From positions 7,283 to 71,282 of the forward strand of contig JAGATW010000096.1 of the NCBI GenBank assembly GCA_017621085.1: DNA of 64,000 bases, given 5' to 3'. Both the position numbers and the translations under genes were made by a program. The stretch comes from Clostridia bacterium (GTDB lineage Bacteria; Bacillota; Clostridia; Oscillospirales; CAG-272). Under the pieces are notes generated by a model, which was not told the origin of the DNA, did no database searches, and saw only the letters and a list, made by a program, of their open reading frames with translations. Positions 18,701-26,185 of the stretch are shown piece after piece (within the stretch, counting starts at the first letter, position 1; the number at the start of each line of letters is the position of its first letter).

Positions 18701-21700
18701 AGATGCCTTCGTTGGCTGTAGCGGTCTTACAAGAATACATATTCCGGGCTCTGTTTCCGTAATAGATGAGTATGTATTCAGAGGCTGTAAAGGACTTATT
18801 AACGTAACTATCGGAGAGGGCGTTACTGATATAAACAGATTTGCCTTCTACGATTGCTATGTATTAAGAGAAATTACTCTGCCAAGCACCCTTAAAAGCA
18901 TTTTAGGCTCTGCCTTTGGCTCAACAGATGTAGATGTTATAAGGAATAACAGCTCCTTAAATCTTACAATTGGTGGAAATGATTACGGTGAAATAGCCAA
19001 GAAAGCTCATACAATCTACGACAAAGACGGAAACGCAACCTATAAGGACCCATCAAGCCCATATACATATTACACCACAAGTGATGGCTTTAAGTTTATT
19101 GTAAATAATGATGAATACAGGCTAATAGAGTATGTTGGCAATTCAGAAACAGTAACCTTGCCCGAAGATGTAAATGGAAAATCATATATCTTAGATGGCG
19201 TATATGGAATAAAAAATGTAATTATTCCATCAAGCTTTAAGGAAATAAATGCAAAAGCCTTTTATAAAAACACCTTGCTTGAAAGCGTTGAATTAAAAGA
19301 GGGTGTTACTAAAATAGATGATGAAGCATTTTATCAATGTAGCAGCTTAAAGAGCATTAATATGCCTTCAAGCCTTACATCTGTTGGACAATACGCATTT
19401 AGAGAGTGCGCTATAACAACCATTGACCTTGGCAACGTAACAAGCTTAGGTGGTGGCGTCTTTACAGCTTGCAAGCAGCTTGAAATGGTTAAGCTTGGAA
19501 AAGTAGAAAAATTGAGTGCTACCTTTGAGGGGTGCTCATCACTTAAGGAAGTAACAATTCCAAGCACAGTTACACAAATGTCATCACGTATATTTGTAAA
19601 TTGCACATCTCTTGAAAGCATTATAATTCCTGAGGGAGTAACTGTTCTTGGTGACTTTACGGGATGTACGTCGCTTAAATCAATTAAGCTGCCATCTACC
19701 TTAAAGCAATGCGGAAGCTTTGCACAATGCTCATCTCTTGTAAGCGTTACTATTCCAAACGGTGTTCAGTCAGTTCCTGATTTTACTGATTGTAAGTCAC
19801 TTAGGTATGTATATCTTGGAAAATCAGCAACAGGAATAAGCAGCAGAGCGTTTAAGAACTGTGATAGCTTAAAGGAAATTGAAATAAGCTTGGAAAATAC
19901 AAGCTTTTCATCAAAGAATGGCATAATTTACGGTAAGCTTGCCAATGTAAAGAGTGTAATATTCACAGTTCCTACCTTAAGTGGTGTTATTACAATTGAT
20001 GACGGTACAAGCATAATTAACGCAAGCGCATTTGCTAATAATAAGACTATAACAAGGGTAATTATTCCAAAGTCAGTTGATGAAATAGGAGAAAATGCAT
20101 TTAGTGGCTGTACATCCCTTGAAAGCGTTATCTTTGAAGGTGGAAAAATTAAGGACAGAGCATTTAGTGGCTGTACATCTCTTAAGGACATAAGCCTTGA
20201 GGGTGCTACACAAATTGGTGAGTATGCCTTTGATAATTGCATAAGCCTGAGAAACGTTAAATTCGGACAAGACCTTACTATAATTGATGACTATGCATTT
20301 AATAGCTCAGGTGTTGAAAGCGTTGTTATTCCATCATCAGTTACAGAGCTTAATTCAGGTGCATTTATGTTCTGCGATAGCTTAGTTGAGGCTTCCTTGC
20401 CAAACGGAATAACAAGAATTCCGTATAACTGCTTTGCGTATTGCTATAATTTAAGACGGGTTGAAATTCCAAATACTATAACAACCATTACAGAAAACGC
20501 CTTTACAGGATGCTCAAATCTTGTAAAAGCAGAAATTCCAAATGGTGTTACAGAAATAGGAAGCAACGCCTTTTATGGAGCAAGCTTAACAGAGATAACT
20601 CTTCCAAGCACTCTTACAACAATTGATGATGATGCATTTGATAACTGCAACACACTTTATCTTATCAATAATAACAGTGGCTTAAGCTTAACTATTGGCT
20701 CAAGAGAAAATGGTCGTGTAGCAGAAAACGCAAAGGCTATAAAAAACAAAAACGGAGTATATCAATACGCAAGTGGAATTAGCGATTATTCCTATATTGA
20801 TACCGAAAACGGAATACGCTTTGCATTATCAGGCTCAAAATATACCTTAGTTGGCTATATCGGAGATGACACAGAAAATGCAATTGAATTACCAAGTACT
20901 ATTAATAATCAAGTCTATGAGCTATCAGGCTTAGCGGGCTTTACAAGAGTAAAGCTACCAAGCACCATTACCGAAATTAAAGCAAATGCATTCCAGCAAA
21001 ACGGTTCGCTGATAGAGGTTGTAATTCCATCATCTGTAAAAAGAATAGACTATGGTGCGTTTGCTTACTGTCCAAGACTTGAGGAGGTATATATTTGCTC
21101 AGGAGTTGAGGAAATAGGAGGATATGCCTTTAAGGGTTGCAGGAGCTTAAGTAAGGTAACCTTAGAAAACGGTGTTATAGCCTTAGAGTCAGAGTGCTTC
21201 TCGGATAATCCAAGGCTTGAAGAAATTATCATTCCAAACAGCACAAAAACAATAGGAGCTTATTCATTCAGCGGTTGTACATCCTTAAATAAGGTAACCT
21301 TGGGCAATAGCTTAGAGCTGATTGACCATGATGCTTTCAGAGATACAGCGTTCTTTGAAAACAAGGAAAACTGGACGGCAGAGGCATTAATTGTCAACGA
21401 TTATTTGCTCGCTGTTACTGATGAATGTGAGGTTTATCCATATTACGAGGGCTTAAAATGTGTATCTGTAATCAGTGGTGCTCGTTTGTCACAGGTTGTT
21501 GTGTTCGATGAAAACATTAAGCTGAACGTAAGCGCCTATACGGACACCTTGGTGTTTGTCAATATGCCAAAAACAAAGGTGCTTCGTGATTTCTTTGGAA
21601 GCAATAAAATAATACCAAGCTCAATTAAGAACATCGTAATTTTAGACGCAGATGTACCTTTGGTAAATCCTAAATTCTTTGAAAAGGCAAGTGGCTTAAA

Positions 21701-24700
21701 TATTTATTTAAGCAAGACCGAAAAGGATTTAAGATGGGATGCAAACTATCCCGGCTGGAATAATGGCAATCAGGCTTATTACGAGAATGAATGGATATGC
21801 GCACAATTCTATAATGAGGATGCTCTTGTTAAGAGAAGCTACCTATTAAATTCAGAGCTTATTGTAAGACCATATATTTATGACATCTATGATGAAGCAT
21901 CAATATATGGCTTAATAGGATGGGATTTGGATGGTGACGGAGTTAAGGACCGTATCCCTGTAACATCGGCAACGGACCTGAAAGCACAAGCAATTTTCGG
22001 TCAGAAGGAAAGACACTATACTATTTCCTTCCTTGATAAAAATGGGGAAAAGATAGCAATTTACACTCTTCCCTATGGAGAAAAAATTAATGCTCCGCAA
22101 ATGCCAACCGTAAAGGGCTACGACTTTGTTATGTGGGATGGCTATTATGATGGCATAACCGTAAATGGAGATATGACCTTTACAGCCCTTATGATGCATA
22201 AGGGAAATGGCCACGAATATACAGATGGCGTGTATATAAGCCCAACCTGTACAAAGGGTGGAGGCTACTTATATACCTGTACAATTTGTGACGAAGCATA
22301 TTTTAATCAAACAGAAAGCCACAAGGGACACATGCTAACAAACACAATTGTCCCACCAACCTGTACATTAAAGGGCTACACAATATACCATTGTGAAAAT
22401 TGTGACGATATTAATATTCATCATAGCTTTGTTCCAAAGGCAGAGCATAGCTATGGAGAATGGAATATTGTAAATAACGCAAGCTGTACAGAAAATGGCT
22501 CTAAAATAAGATATTGTGTTGATTGTCAAAGAGGCGATGTTGAGATAATAAGAAAGAGTGGCCACGAATACAGCGTTGATATAATAGAAAAATCAACTTG
22601 TATAAAGGAGGGCTTGGCAAATTACACCTGTAAAACCTGTAATAACGTAAGCCAAGGCAAGCTTGACCTTGCTTCTCACTCATACGAGCTAAAAACATCA
22701 TCATACGATTTTATTAAGGAACTTGTAGAATTAATGCCAAATATATTTGTTGGTAAAAACGGGGACAGTGCCTTTTACTATGAATGTATTACCTGTGGTG
22801 ATATCAGTACACAGGATAAGGGCGGAGTACAAACTAACTCAGCAGGTATATCAGGCTCTTGTACACATGTGGCAGGAAATTGGCGGGTTGTCAAGTATGC
22901 TCAAGGCAAGCAAAACGGTATTTTCGGAAAATACTGTGTATTCTGCTCAGAGCTTATAGAGGCAAAGGTTTATTCCTATGTACAAATTACAGAAAAGGGC
23001 TCTGATTACATTAAATATGAGGTAGAACAGGGCTATGAATACAGTATAGACGGAATTAACTATAACGATAGTGGTATCTTTAACGGACTTGGCTCTGATA
23101 ATGAATATGTAATTTACGTAAGAGACAAGGTAACTAAGGAGGACAAGGGTCCAACCTTAGTAACAACCGCAAAAAAATACACCTATACCTTCTATGATTA
23201 TAATGGCAACATTTTAAAGCAGGAATCAGTATTTGAGGGTGAAAAAATAGTATTGCCATCATTTACTCCATCAAGAGAAAAGGATGTACAATATACATAC
23301 ACCTTTAGCCATTATGATGGTTATAGTGAAGGAATGGTTGTAACAGAGGATGTATCCTTTACCGCTATATACAATAAGGTAATAAATAAGTACACCTACA
23401 TTTTCTATCATGACGACGGAGTAACAGAGCTTAAGCGAGTAAGCGCTGATTATGGCACTATCATAATGATGCCCACAATTAATCCAACAAAGGAAAGCAA
23501 TGGTGAAATATCATACACCTTTAGCCATTATGAGGGCTTTAGTGAGGGAATGATATTAACAGGTGATGTTTCCTTTAAGGCTGTATTTAATGAGGGCAAA
23601 ATGAAATATACATATTCCTTTATTGATATAAACGGTAATATTATTTTAAGTGGCACTCTTGAATACGGAAGCGTGGTTGTAGCTCCAAGCATACCTACTA
23701 ACCCACAATATCCACAGGGTCAGTATAATGGTGTATGGAAGGGCTACTATGATGGCTACATTATAACAGGCGATGTGGAATTTAAGCTTGAATATGTAGA
23801 TACATCTAAAAAGTATTCCTGTGCATTTGCAGATTGGAATGGAAGAATACTTTATTCATACATCGGTACAGCAGGGTCAGTAATTGTTTTACCATCAACC
23901 GAGCCATCAAGAAATAATACCCTTACTCATACCTACACCTTTATAGGCTATGAGGGCTATTATGAGGGTATGGTTTTAACTGAGAATAAGATATTTACAG
24001 CTATGTATGAGGAAAAGCCAATTATGTACACCTACACCTTCCTTGACTGGGATGGAAGTGTAATAGCAAGTGGTGAATTAATGTATGGTGAAATAATTCC
24101 AAAGCCAAATGACCCGACAAGACCAAGCGAGGGTGAGCTTTTATATACCTTTACAGGCTTTACAGGTTATTTTAACAATATGATGATTAATTCAGATGTA
24201 ACCTTTACAGCAACCTATAAGGCAACAAAGGGTGGACTATATAATGTCCATACAAACGAAGCCTATTGTGCCCCGGGTCAAATTGTAATAGTTGATTTGT
24301 ACGCAAAGCAATTAAGTGGCAACGGTGGAGTAATAGAGCTATTTGTAAATAGTGAATATGCATCTGTTGTTCAAATCTATTTGTATGGCGCTAATATAAG
24401 CACACAAAATACAAAGGATTATGTAAAAATAGAATTGCTTGACTTACTATCTCAGGATACAAAAATTGTTGGCGTTGCATTAATGATAAGCAACGATGCC
24501 CCCCTTGGCAATCTTGATGCTTTTGATGTCGGTACAAATATAACAAGCGACTTTAAGCCAATAGAGCTTTGCTTGCTGGGCGATGTTGACCAAAACGGAG
24601 TGATTGACAATGCAGATATTGATTTACTTAACAGATACGCCTTGGGCGAGTTTGAATTAAGTGAAAGGGAGCAATATTTTGCAGACGTATTCAAAACCGA

Positions 24701-24965
24701 TGTATATGAGCCGGGCAGTCACATAAATGCAAAGGACGTATTAAGGTTAAGACAGCTTATTAAGGCTCAAGCAAATGCTATGTCTTGCGAAAATAATGTG
24801 TCAAACAGCACAATTATTACCCCGTTAGATGCTCATGAGCCAACATCAGAGTCGGTTGCTTTTATAGAAAAAACAGACACGTGTGTGGCTATTTTGCCAA
24901 AAAGCTACCACGAGGACAGGCATTTTGTGATTATTTCAAGAAAAGGAGAGTTGATTTATGCGTAA
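12786..24965 (+). CDS. Giant (4,059-aa) cell-surface protein: signal-anchor, S8 subtilisin-like protease, BspA-type LRR array, Cys/His repeats, Flg_new repeats, cohesin-like module, dockerin
   Basis: Uninterrupted ORF. AAGGAGG (12775-12781) precedes ATG 12786; the track start 12771 has no RBS. Hydrophobic helix KKIVIIALAVLLIITATVIGVLLY. S8 triad motifs VAVIDTGVD, HGTQVAGVI, GTSFSSPLVAG (~13250-14090). LRR_5-type repeats ~14340-21400. Flg_new-type units (F/Y..Y.G...) ~21990-22200 and ~23170-24230. Dockerin EF-hand-like segment GDVDQNGVIDNADIDLLNRYALG (~24574-24770). Confidence 0.85.
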   Translation: MEKIKNNWKKIVIIALAVLLIITATVIGVLLYERELNNYRDEKIEELIEKQGTYDEKSIVLNNTSFGEAQRLAKKLGAKLRITENGKFATLTLEDERSIIDIFKDENNIKELKSLTPDYEARINEEENDEEGLKKEPSAPVYQVKDALYSNQSYLNYMNLQTIWSKTKGKGMSVAVIDTGVDTDHPDLVGKISEYSYNATLDKIVKDYQGENGGYDWSLIEDQVGHGTQVAGVIGANMDANGITGIAPEVEIVVIKAECAQNGTFVRTSDLVFGIYYAIECDVDVINMSFGTKYNLFSDATYLAYDSDIICVASAGNNGSSAENYPAADQYVIGVGALEADGWELAEYSNYGINTDVVAPGTVYTTKMGGGYGTIEGTSFSSPLVAGAISLYLSQNKYQSYDEVYELLSVSSMDLGDLGKDWYFGYGALDVSALILEERGTITFEMLTDELDDIEATFIRNHTMQELPIPERLYSLFDGWYYDDKCTEEYAYYEDVFTSDLTLYAKWINESDGIPYTYEILDDGTVEITSYTGHRRYITIPEKIEGRVVSSIGAGAFLRQSNIREINLPSQLKTIKNSAFEGCSSLLNIQIPDTVTSIGERAFYDCFKILSIELSTSSQLSTIGQYAFASCGRIESFDLPSTVTYVDATAFLGNLMQTQINVMNGNESFVSKDGVLFNRYATTLIAYPMGKSGDYIIPNSVTRIGEYAFAFSLLEFVDLARVETIGSYAFKGSVIESLVIKDTVTSLGTGAFSMCPALSEVYIGKGINSISSGAFSGCSYLRQITIPNNITSIGYAAFGQSGLTEISFDSGSDLRMIGMEAFAMTNLVKIEIPSSVNLIDTKAFYKCYSLEEVAFDSNSTLNSINAYAFSKTGLKAINFPLSLEYIDSFAFSESALEGEIYIHENIEGMGAGVFSYCNLLNAIRVSENNNSYCDMNGVLYTKDLSQLFAYPCGSKTTSYVINESTNNIIPYAFAGAEKLYSVKIPQQLRVIGELAFYACGARSYILNNVLEEISASSFAKNENLQLITIPKSVKTISRGAFSYNTNMRSIAFENEGSLVRIGNEAFLKSGITEIKIPSTVSTIGQGAFNGCENLYKVTFEENSQLNSISAYMFEGASSLCEIIFEKGSQLKSLQAHALDGMSKIQRVDLSNTQLTNVDNFAFRFCESLTDLSLPSTVSYIGRYAFYGCSSLSSLSLPSCLEYLGAYAFLGTDGMVLYFMSENFPPYLQEEWDRGVISYHLGVISVEEKDGWKYATLVDGGISIISYTGENKEIDMEKLNLGGDIVSIGGQAFEFSNVETVKLPSTLTSIQKYAFASSKLKEITIPKSVTFIGQNAFLETPIKSLTFETGSELRVIEQYAFAYTESLNSVSLPSSIVTLGTGVFLNSGIKSLTFDKEIGIEKIPPLAFANTKIEALTLPNSVSVVDDNAFRETKALKTVDFGNNEYIQLMSNAFYLSGISELTIPKNVGYIGEFCFVGLTNLKEFKVDSDHEYYKAIDGLLYEKDGRKLICVPSARQGTLTLPKEVEEIGFGAFEYSSLEGVEFNKDSNILTLGYRAFFGMENLKEITVPKTVVSIDYYAFAYCTSLEKVFFEEGSRLSGIYEGAFCGDERLYDITLPNEVLEISDYVFFGCSSIKKLPISSDSKIKGIYSYAFAYTGLTELNLPTTVNEIGSYAFRGSSVERVYIPDDNYEVLTIGYGAFDSCNNMVELTTPIIGSSLYYPESTSLSYIFGTGNNSLKVMNISDVVTVIPDLGITGFGALETLNIPASVTTLGYGAIATPAKYELLSPVYVNSYIFDGGNVVGNVVLTGNKLQRVSFNGPYVVSVTLPDTIDDSISFRNCTSLESVNIPLGITAIDKNCFENCTALKKIELHSGITSLGEKAFYKCTGLEEVTGLSGITQMGNEAFSGCSSLKRVESLGRIKVVPAYAFAYCESLETAPLPSTLTQIGSYAFMQCCSLNEINIPNGVTSIGIDAFVGCSGLTRIHIPGSVSVIDEYVFRGCKGLINVTIGEGVTDINRFAFYDCYVLREITLPSTLKSILGSAFGSTDVDVIRNNSSLNLTIGGNDYGEIAKKAHTIYDKDGNATYKDPSSPYTYYTTSDGFKFIVNNDEYRLIEYVGNSETVTLPEDVNGKSYILDGVYGIKNVIIPSSFKEINAKAFYKNTLLESVELKEGVTKIDDEAFYQCSSLKSINMPSSLTSVGQYAFRECAITTIDLGNVTSLGGGVFTACKQLEMVKLGKVEKLSATFEGCSSLKEVTIPSTVTQMSSRIFVNCTSLESIIIPEGVTVLGDFTGCTSLKSIKLPSTLKQCGSFAQCSSLVSVTIPNGVQSVPDFTDCKSLRYVYLGKSATGISSRAFKNCDSLKEIEISLENTSFSSKNGIIYGKLANVKSVIFTVPTLSGVITIDDGTSIINASAFANNKTITRVIIPKSVDEIGENAFSGCTSLESVIFEGGKIKDRAFSGCTSLKDISLEGATQIGEYAFDNCISLRNVKFGQDLTIIDDYAFNSSGVESVVIPSSVTELNSGAFMFCDSLVEASLPNGITRIPYNCFAYCYNLRRVEIPNTITTITENAFTGCSNLVKAEIPNGVTEIGSNAFYGASLTEITLPSTLTTIDDDAFDNCNTLYLINNNSGLSLTIGSRENGRVAENAKAIKNKNGVYQYASGISDYSYIDTENGIRFALSGSKYTLVGYIGDDTENAIELPSTINNQVYELSGLAGFTRVKLPSTITEIKANAFQQNGSLIEVVIPSSVKRIDYGAFAYCPRLEEVYICSGVEEIGGYAFKGCRSLSKVTLENGVIALESECFSDNPRLEEIIIPNSTKTIGAYSFSGCTSLNKVTLGNSLELIDHDAFRDTAFFENKENWTAEALIVNDYLLAVTDECEVYPYYEGLKCVSVISGARLSQVVVFDENIKLNVSAYTDTLVFVNMPKTKVLRDFFGSNKIIPSSIKNIVILDADVPLVNPKFFEKASGLNIYLSKTEKDLRWDANYPGWNNGNQAYYENEWICAQFYNEDALVKRSYLLNSELIVRPYIYDIYDEASIYGLIGWDLDGDGVKDRIPVTSATDLKAQAIFGQKERHYTISFLDKNGEKIAIYTLPYGEKINAPQMPTVKGYDFVMWDGYYDGITVNGDMTFTALMMHKGNGHEYTDGVYISPTCTKGGGYLYTCTICDEAYFNQTESHKGHMLTNTIVPPTCTLKGYTIYHCENCDDINIHHSFVPKAEHSYGEWNIVNNASCTENGSKIRYCVDCQRGDVEIIRKSGHEYSVDIIEKSTCIKEGLANYTCKTCNNVSQGKLDLASHSYELKTSSYDFIKELVELMPNIFVGKNGDSAFYYECITCGDISTQDKGGVQTNSAGISGSCTHVAGNWRVVKYAQGKQNGIFGKYCVFCSELIEAKVYSYVQITEKGSDYIKYEVEQGYEYSIDGINYNDSGIFNGLGSDNEYVIYVRDKVTKEDKGPTLVTTAKKYTYTFYDYNGNILKQESVFEGEKIVLPSFTPSREKDVQYTYTFSHYDGYSEGMVVTEDVSFTAIYNKVINKYTYIFYHDDGVTELKRVSADYGTIIMMPTINPTKESNGEISYTFSHYEGFSEGMILTGDVSFKAVFNEGKMKYTYSFIDINGNIILSGTLEYGSVVVAPSIPTNPQYPQGQYNGVWKGYYDGYIITGDVEFKLEYVDTSKKYSCAFADWNGRILYSYIGTAGSVIVLPSTEPSRNNTLTHTYTFIGYEGYYEGMVLTENKIFTAMYEEKPIMYTYTFLDWDGSVIASGELMYGEIIPKPNDPTRPSEGELLYTFTGFTGYFNNMMINSDVTFTATYKATKGGLYNVHTNEAYCAPGQIVIVDLYAKQLSGNGGVIELFVNSEYASVVQIYLYGANISTQNTKDYVKIELLDLLSQDTKIVGVALMISNDAPLGNLDAFDVGTNITSDFKPIELCLLGDVDQNGVIDNADIDLLNRYALGEFELSEREQYFADVFKTDVYEPGSHINAKDVLRLRQLIKAQANAMSCENNVSNSTIITPLDAHEPTSESVAFIEKTDTCVAILPKSYHEDRHFVIISRKGELIYA
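22209..22676 (+). repeat. Four in-frame tandem units of exactly 117 nt (39 aa) with a conserved H...C-x9-C-x2-C pattern
   Basis: Units start at 22209 (GHEYTDG), 22326 (GHMLTNT), 22443 (EHSYGEW) and 22560 (GHEYSVD). Each has one His near its start and three Cys (e.g. PTCTKGGGYLYTCTIC). Confidence 0.85.
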
Positions 24966-26043
24966 AACAAAAATTGTATATTTAATATTGGCTCTCCTTG
25001 TAGCTGTTTCTGCTATTATCTCCTGTGGGGATAATAGTGGAAACGAGCCACCAAGTGAGAATAATAAGGTGCAAATAACCTTTGTAACAAGCACGGGCAT
25101 GGAAATCGGCACATCGGTTGTGAATAAGGGTGACAGTGTTAGATACCCTAACCCACCGATGATACCGGGCATGACCTTTGAAGGCTGGGATAAGCAAATT
25201 TTTTCAGCCACCGAAAACACAACAATAACAGCGATTTATGTGCCGTTTAATCAAAATGATGATGGTGGCAAGGGGGAAATGGTCTTAGTTAGCTTCTTTG
25301 ATATAAACGGAAATATCATTTTCTCTGAGCGCATAATGACGGGCGAAAGACTTGAATACATACCACAAGCTCCGCAAATTGAGGGAAAAAGATTTATGGG
25401 CTGGAGTGAAACACCCGATATAATTACAGAGGAGTTAAATATTTACCCAATTTATGAGGACCTTGTCAGCTATGAGGTTAGCTTTTATGACTATGATGGC
25501 AGATGGATTGAAACCGTTACCGCCTATGAAAATAAAAGCGTTACTCCGCCAAGCCTTGAAAGAAGAGGCTATGATTTAATAGGCTGGAGTCAAGACTTAA
25601 CCTGTATTAATTCAAGCCTTGAGGTTTATCCTATTTACCAATTAATCACACAATCAAATGTGCTTGATATATCAAATAAGATAAGCAAGGACGGTACTTG
25701 TACACTCACCTTTACTATTAAGGGTAATGTATGCCTTGCAGGAATGCAAGGGGACATAAGCGTGCCTAATAATTTTACAATTGAAGAATTTACAGCCCTT
25801 GATGATGGCTTAGCTGCAAGACAGCAGGGAAACAAAATAAGCTTTGTGTTTACATCGGTAAGCGGTGAGAACATTACAAGTGAAGTAAATCTGTTTTCAA
25901 TTACATTAAGATGCACAGATAACACCTATTTTGCAAGAATGGGCGTTAACATTTCAATGGCTTTTGATGAGGATTTTAACAGTGTAGGCTTAGGTGGTAT
26001 CCTTGGCAACGAGTTTTTTACAGGCATAAGACCAAAATCATAA
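24958..26043 (+). CDS. Lipoprotein with three Flg_new repeats and a C-terminal cohesin-like module
   Basis: Lipobox AIISC-G. ATG 24958 overlaps the giant gene stop (ATGCGTAA). AAGGAG (24943-24948) sits in the last codons of the upstream gene. Repeats end in ..EGWDKQ, ..MGWSET, ..IGWSQD. The C-terminal ~130 aa (from ~25651) look like a beta-sandwich cohesin (TLTFTIKGNVCLAGMQGDISVP..). Confidence 0.8.
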   Translation: MRKTKIVYLILALLVAVSAIISCGDNSGNEPPSENNKVQITFVTSTGMEIGTSVVNKGDSVRYPNPPMIPGMTFEGWDKQIFSATENTTITAIYVPFNQNDDGGKGEMVLVSFFDINGNIIFSERIMTGERLEYIPQAPQIEGKRFMGWSETPDIITEELNIYPIYEDLVSYEVSFYDYDGRWIETVTAYENKSVTPPSLERRGYDLIGWSQDLTCINSSLEVYPIYQLITQSNVLDISNKISKDGTCTLTFTIKGNVCLAGMQGDISVPNNFTIEEFTALDDGLAARQQGNKISFVFTSVSGENITSEVNLFSITLRCTDNTYFARMGVNISMAFDEDFNSVGLGGILGNEFFTGIRPKS

Positions 26044-26094
26044 TGTGTAAGAGCTTGTCGCAATAAGAAAGATGATTACACAAAATAAACAAAT

Positions 26095-26124
26095 AGCCTT
26101 CTTTTATAAGAGAGGGCTTTTTGT
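26095..26124 (+). terminator. Rho-independent terminator
   Basis: AGCCTTCT / AGAGGGCT stem (one G-U pair), 8-nt loop, TTTTTG tail. Confidence 0.65.
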
Positions 26125-26125
26125 A

Positions 26126-26154
26126 TTGAAAATGTTATTTTGATATGCTATAAT
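26126..26154 (+). promoter_or_regulatory. Sigma-A promoter of the arabinofuranosidase gene
   Basis: TTGAAA (26126-26131), 17 nt, TGC-TATAAT (26149-26154). Confidence 0.65.
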
Positions 26155-26185
26155 CAAATCAATAAATGCTTTTGAGGAGTAAATT

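Noticed and set aside
13843-24694. Numerous 60-105-aa antisense or out-of-frame ORFs inside the giant gene (e.g. 17942..18217, 19334..19621, 19928..20242, 21912..22214)
   Set aside because: All are fully nested in a continuous 12-kb frame with consistent repeat structure. They lack RBSs and have shadow-type composition.
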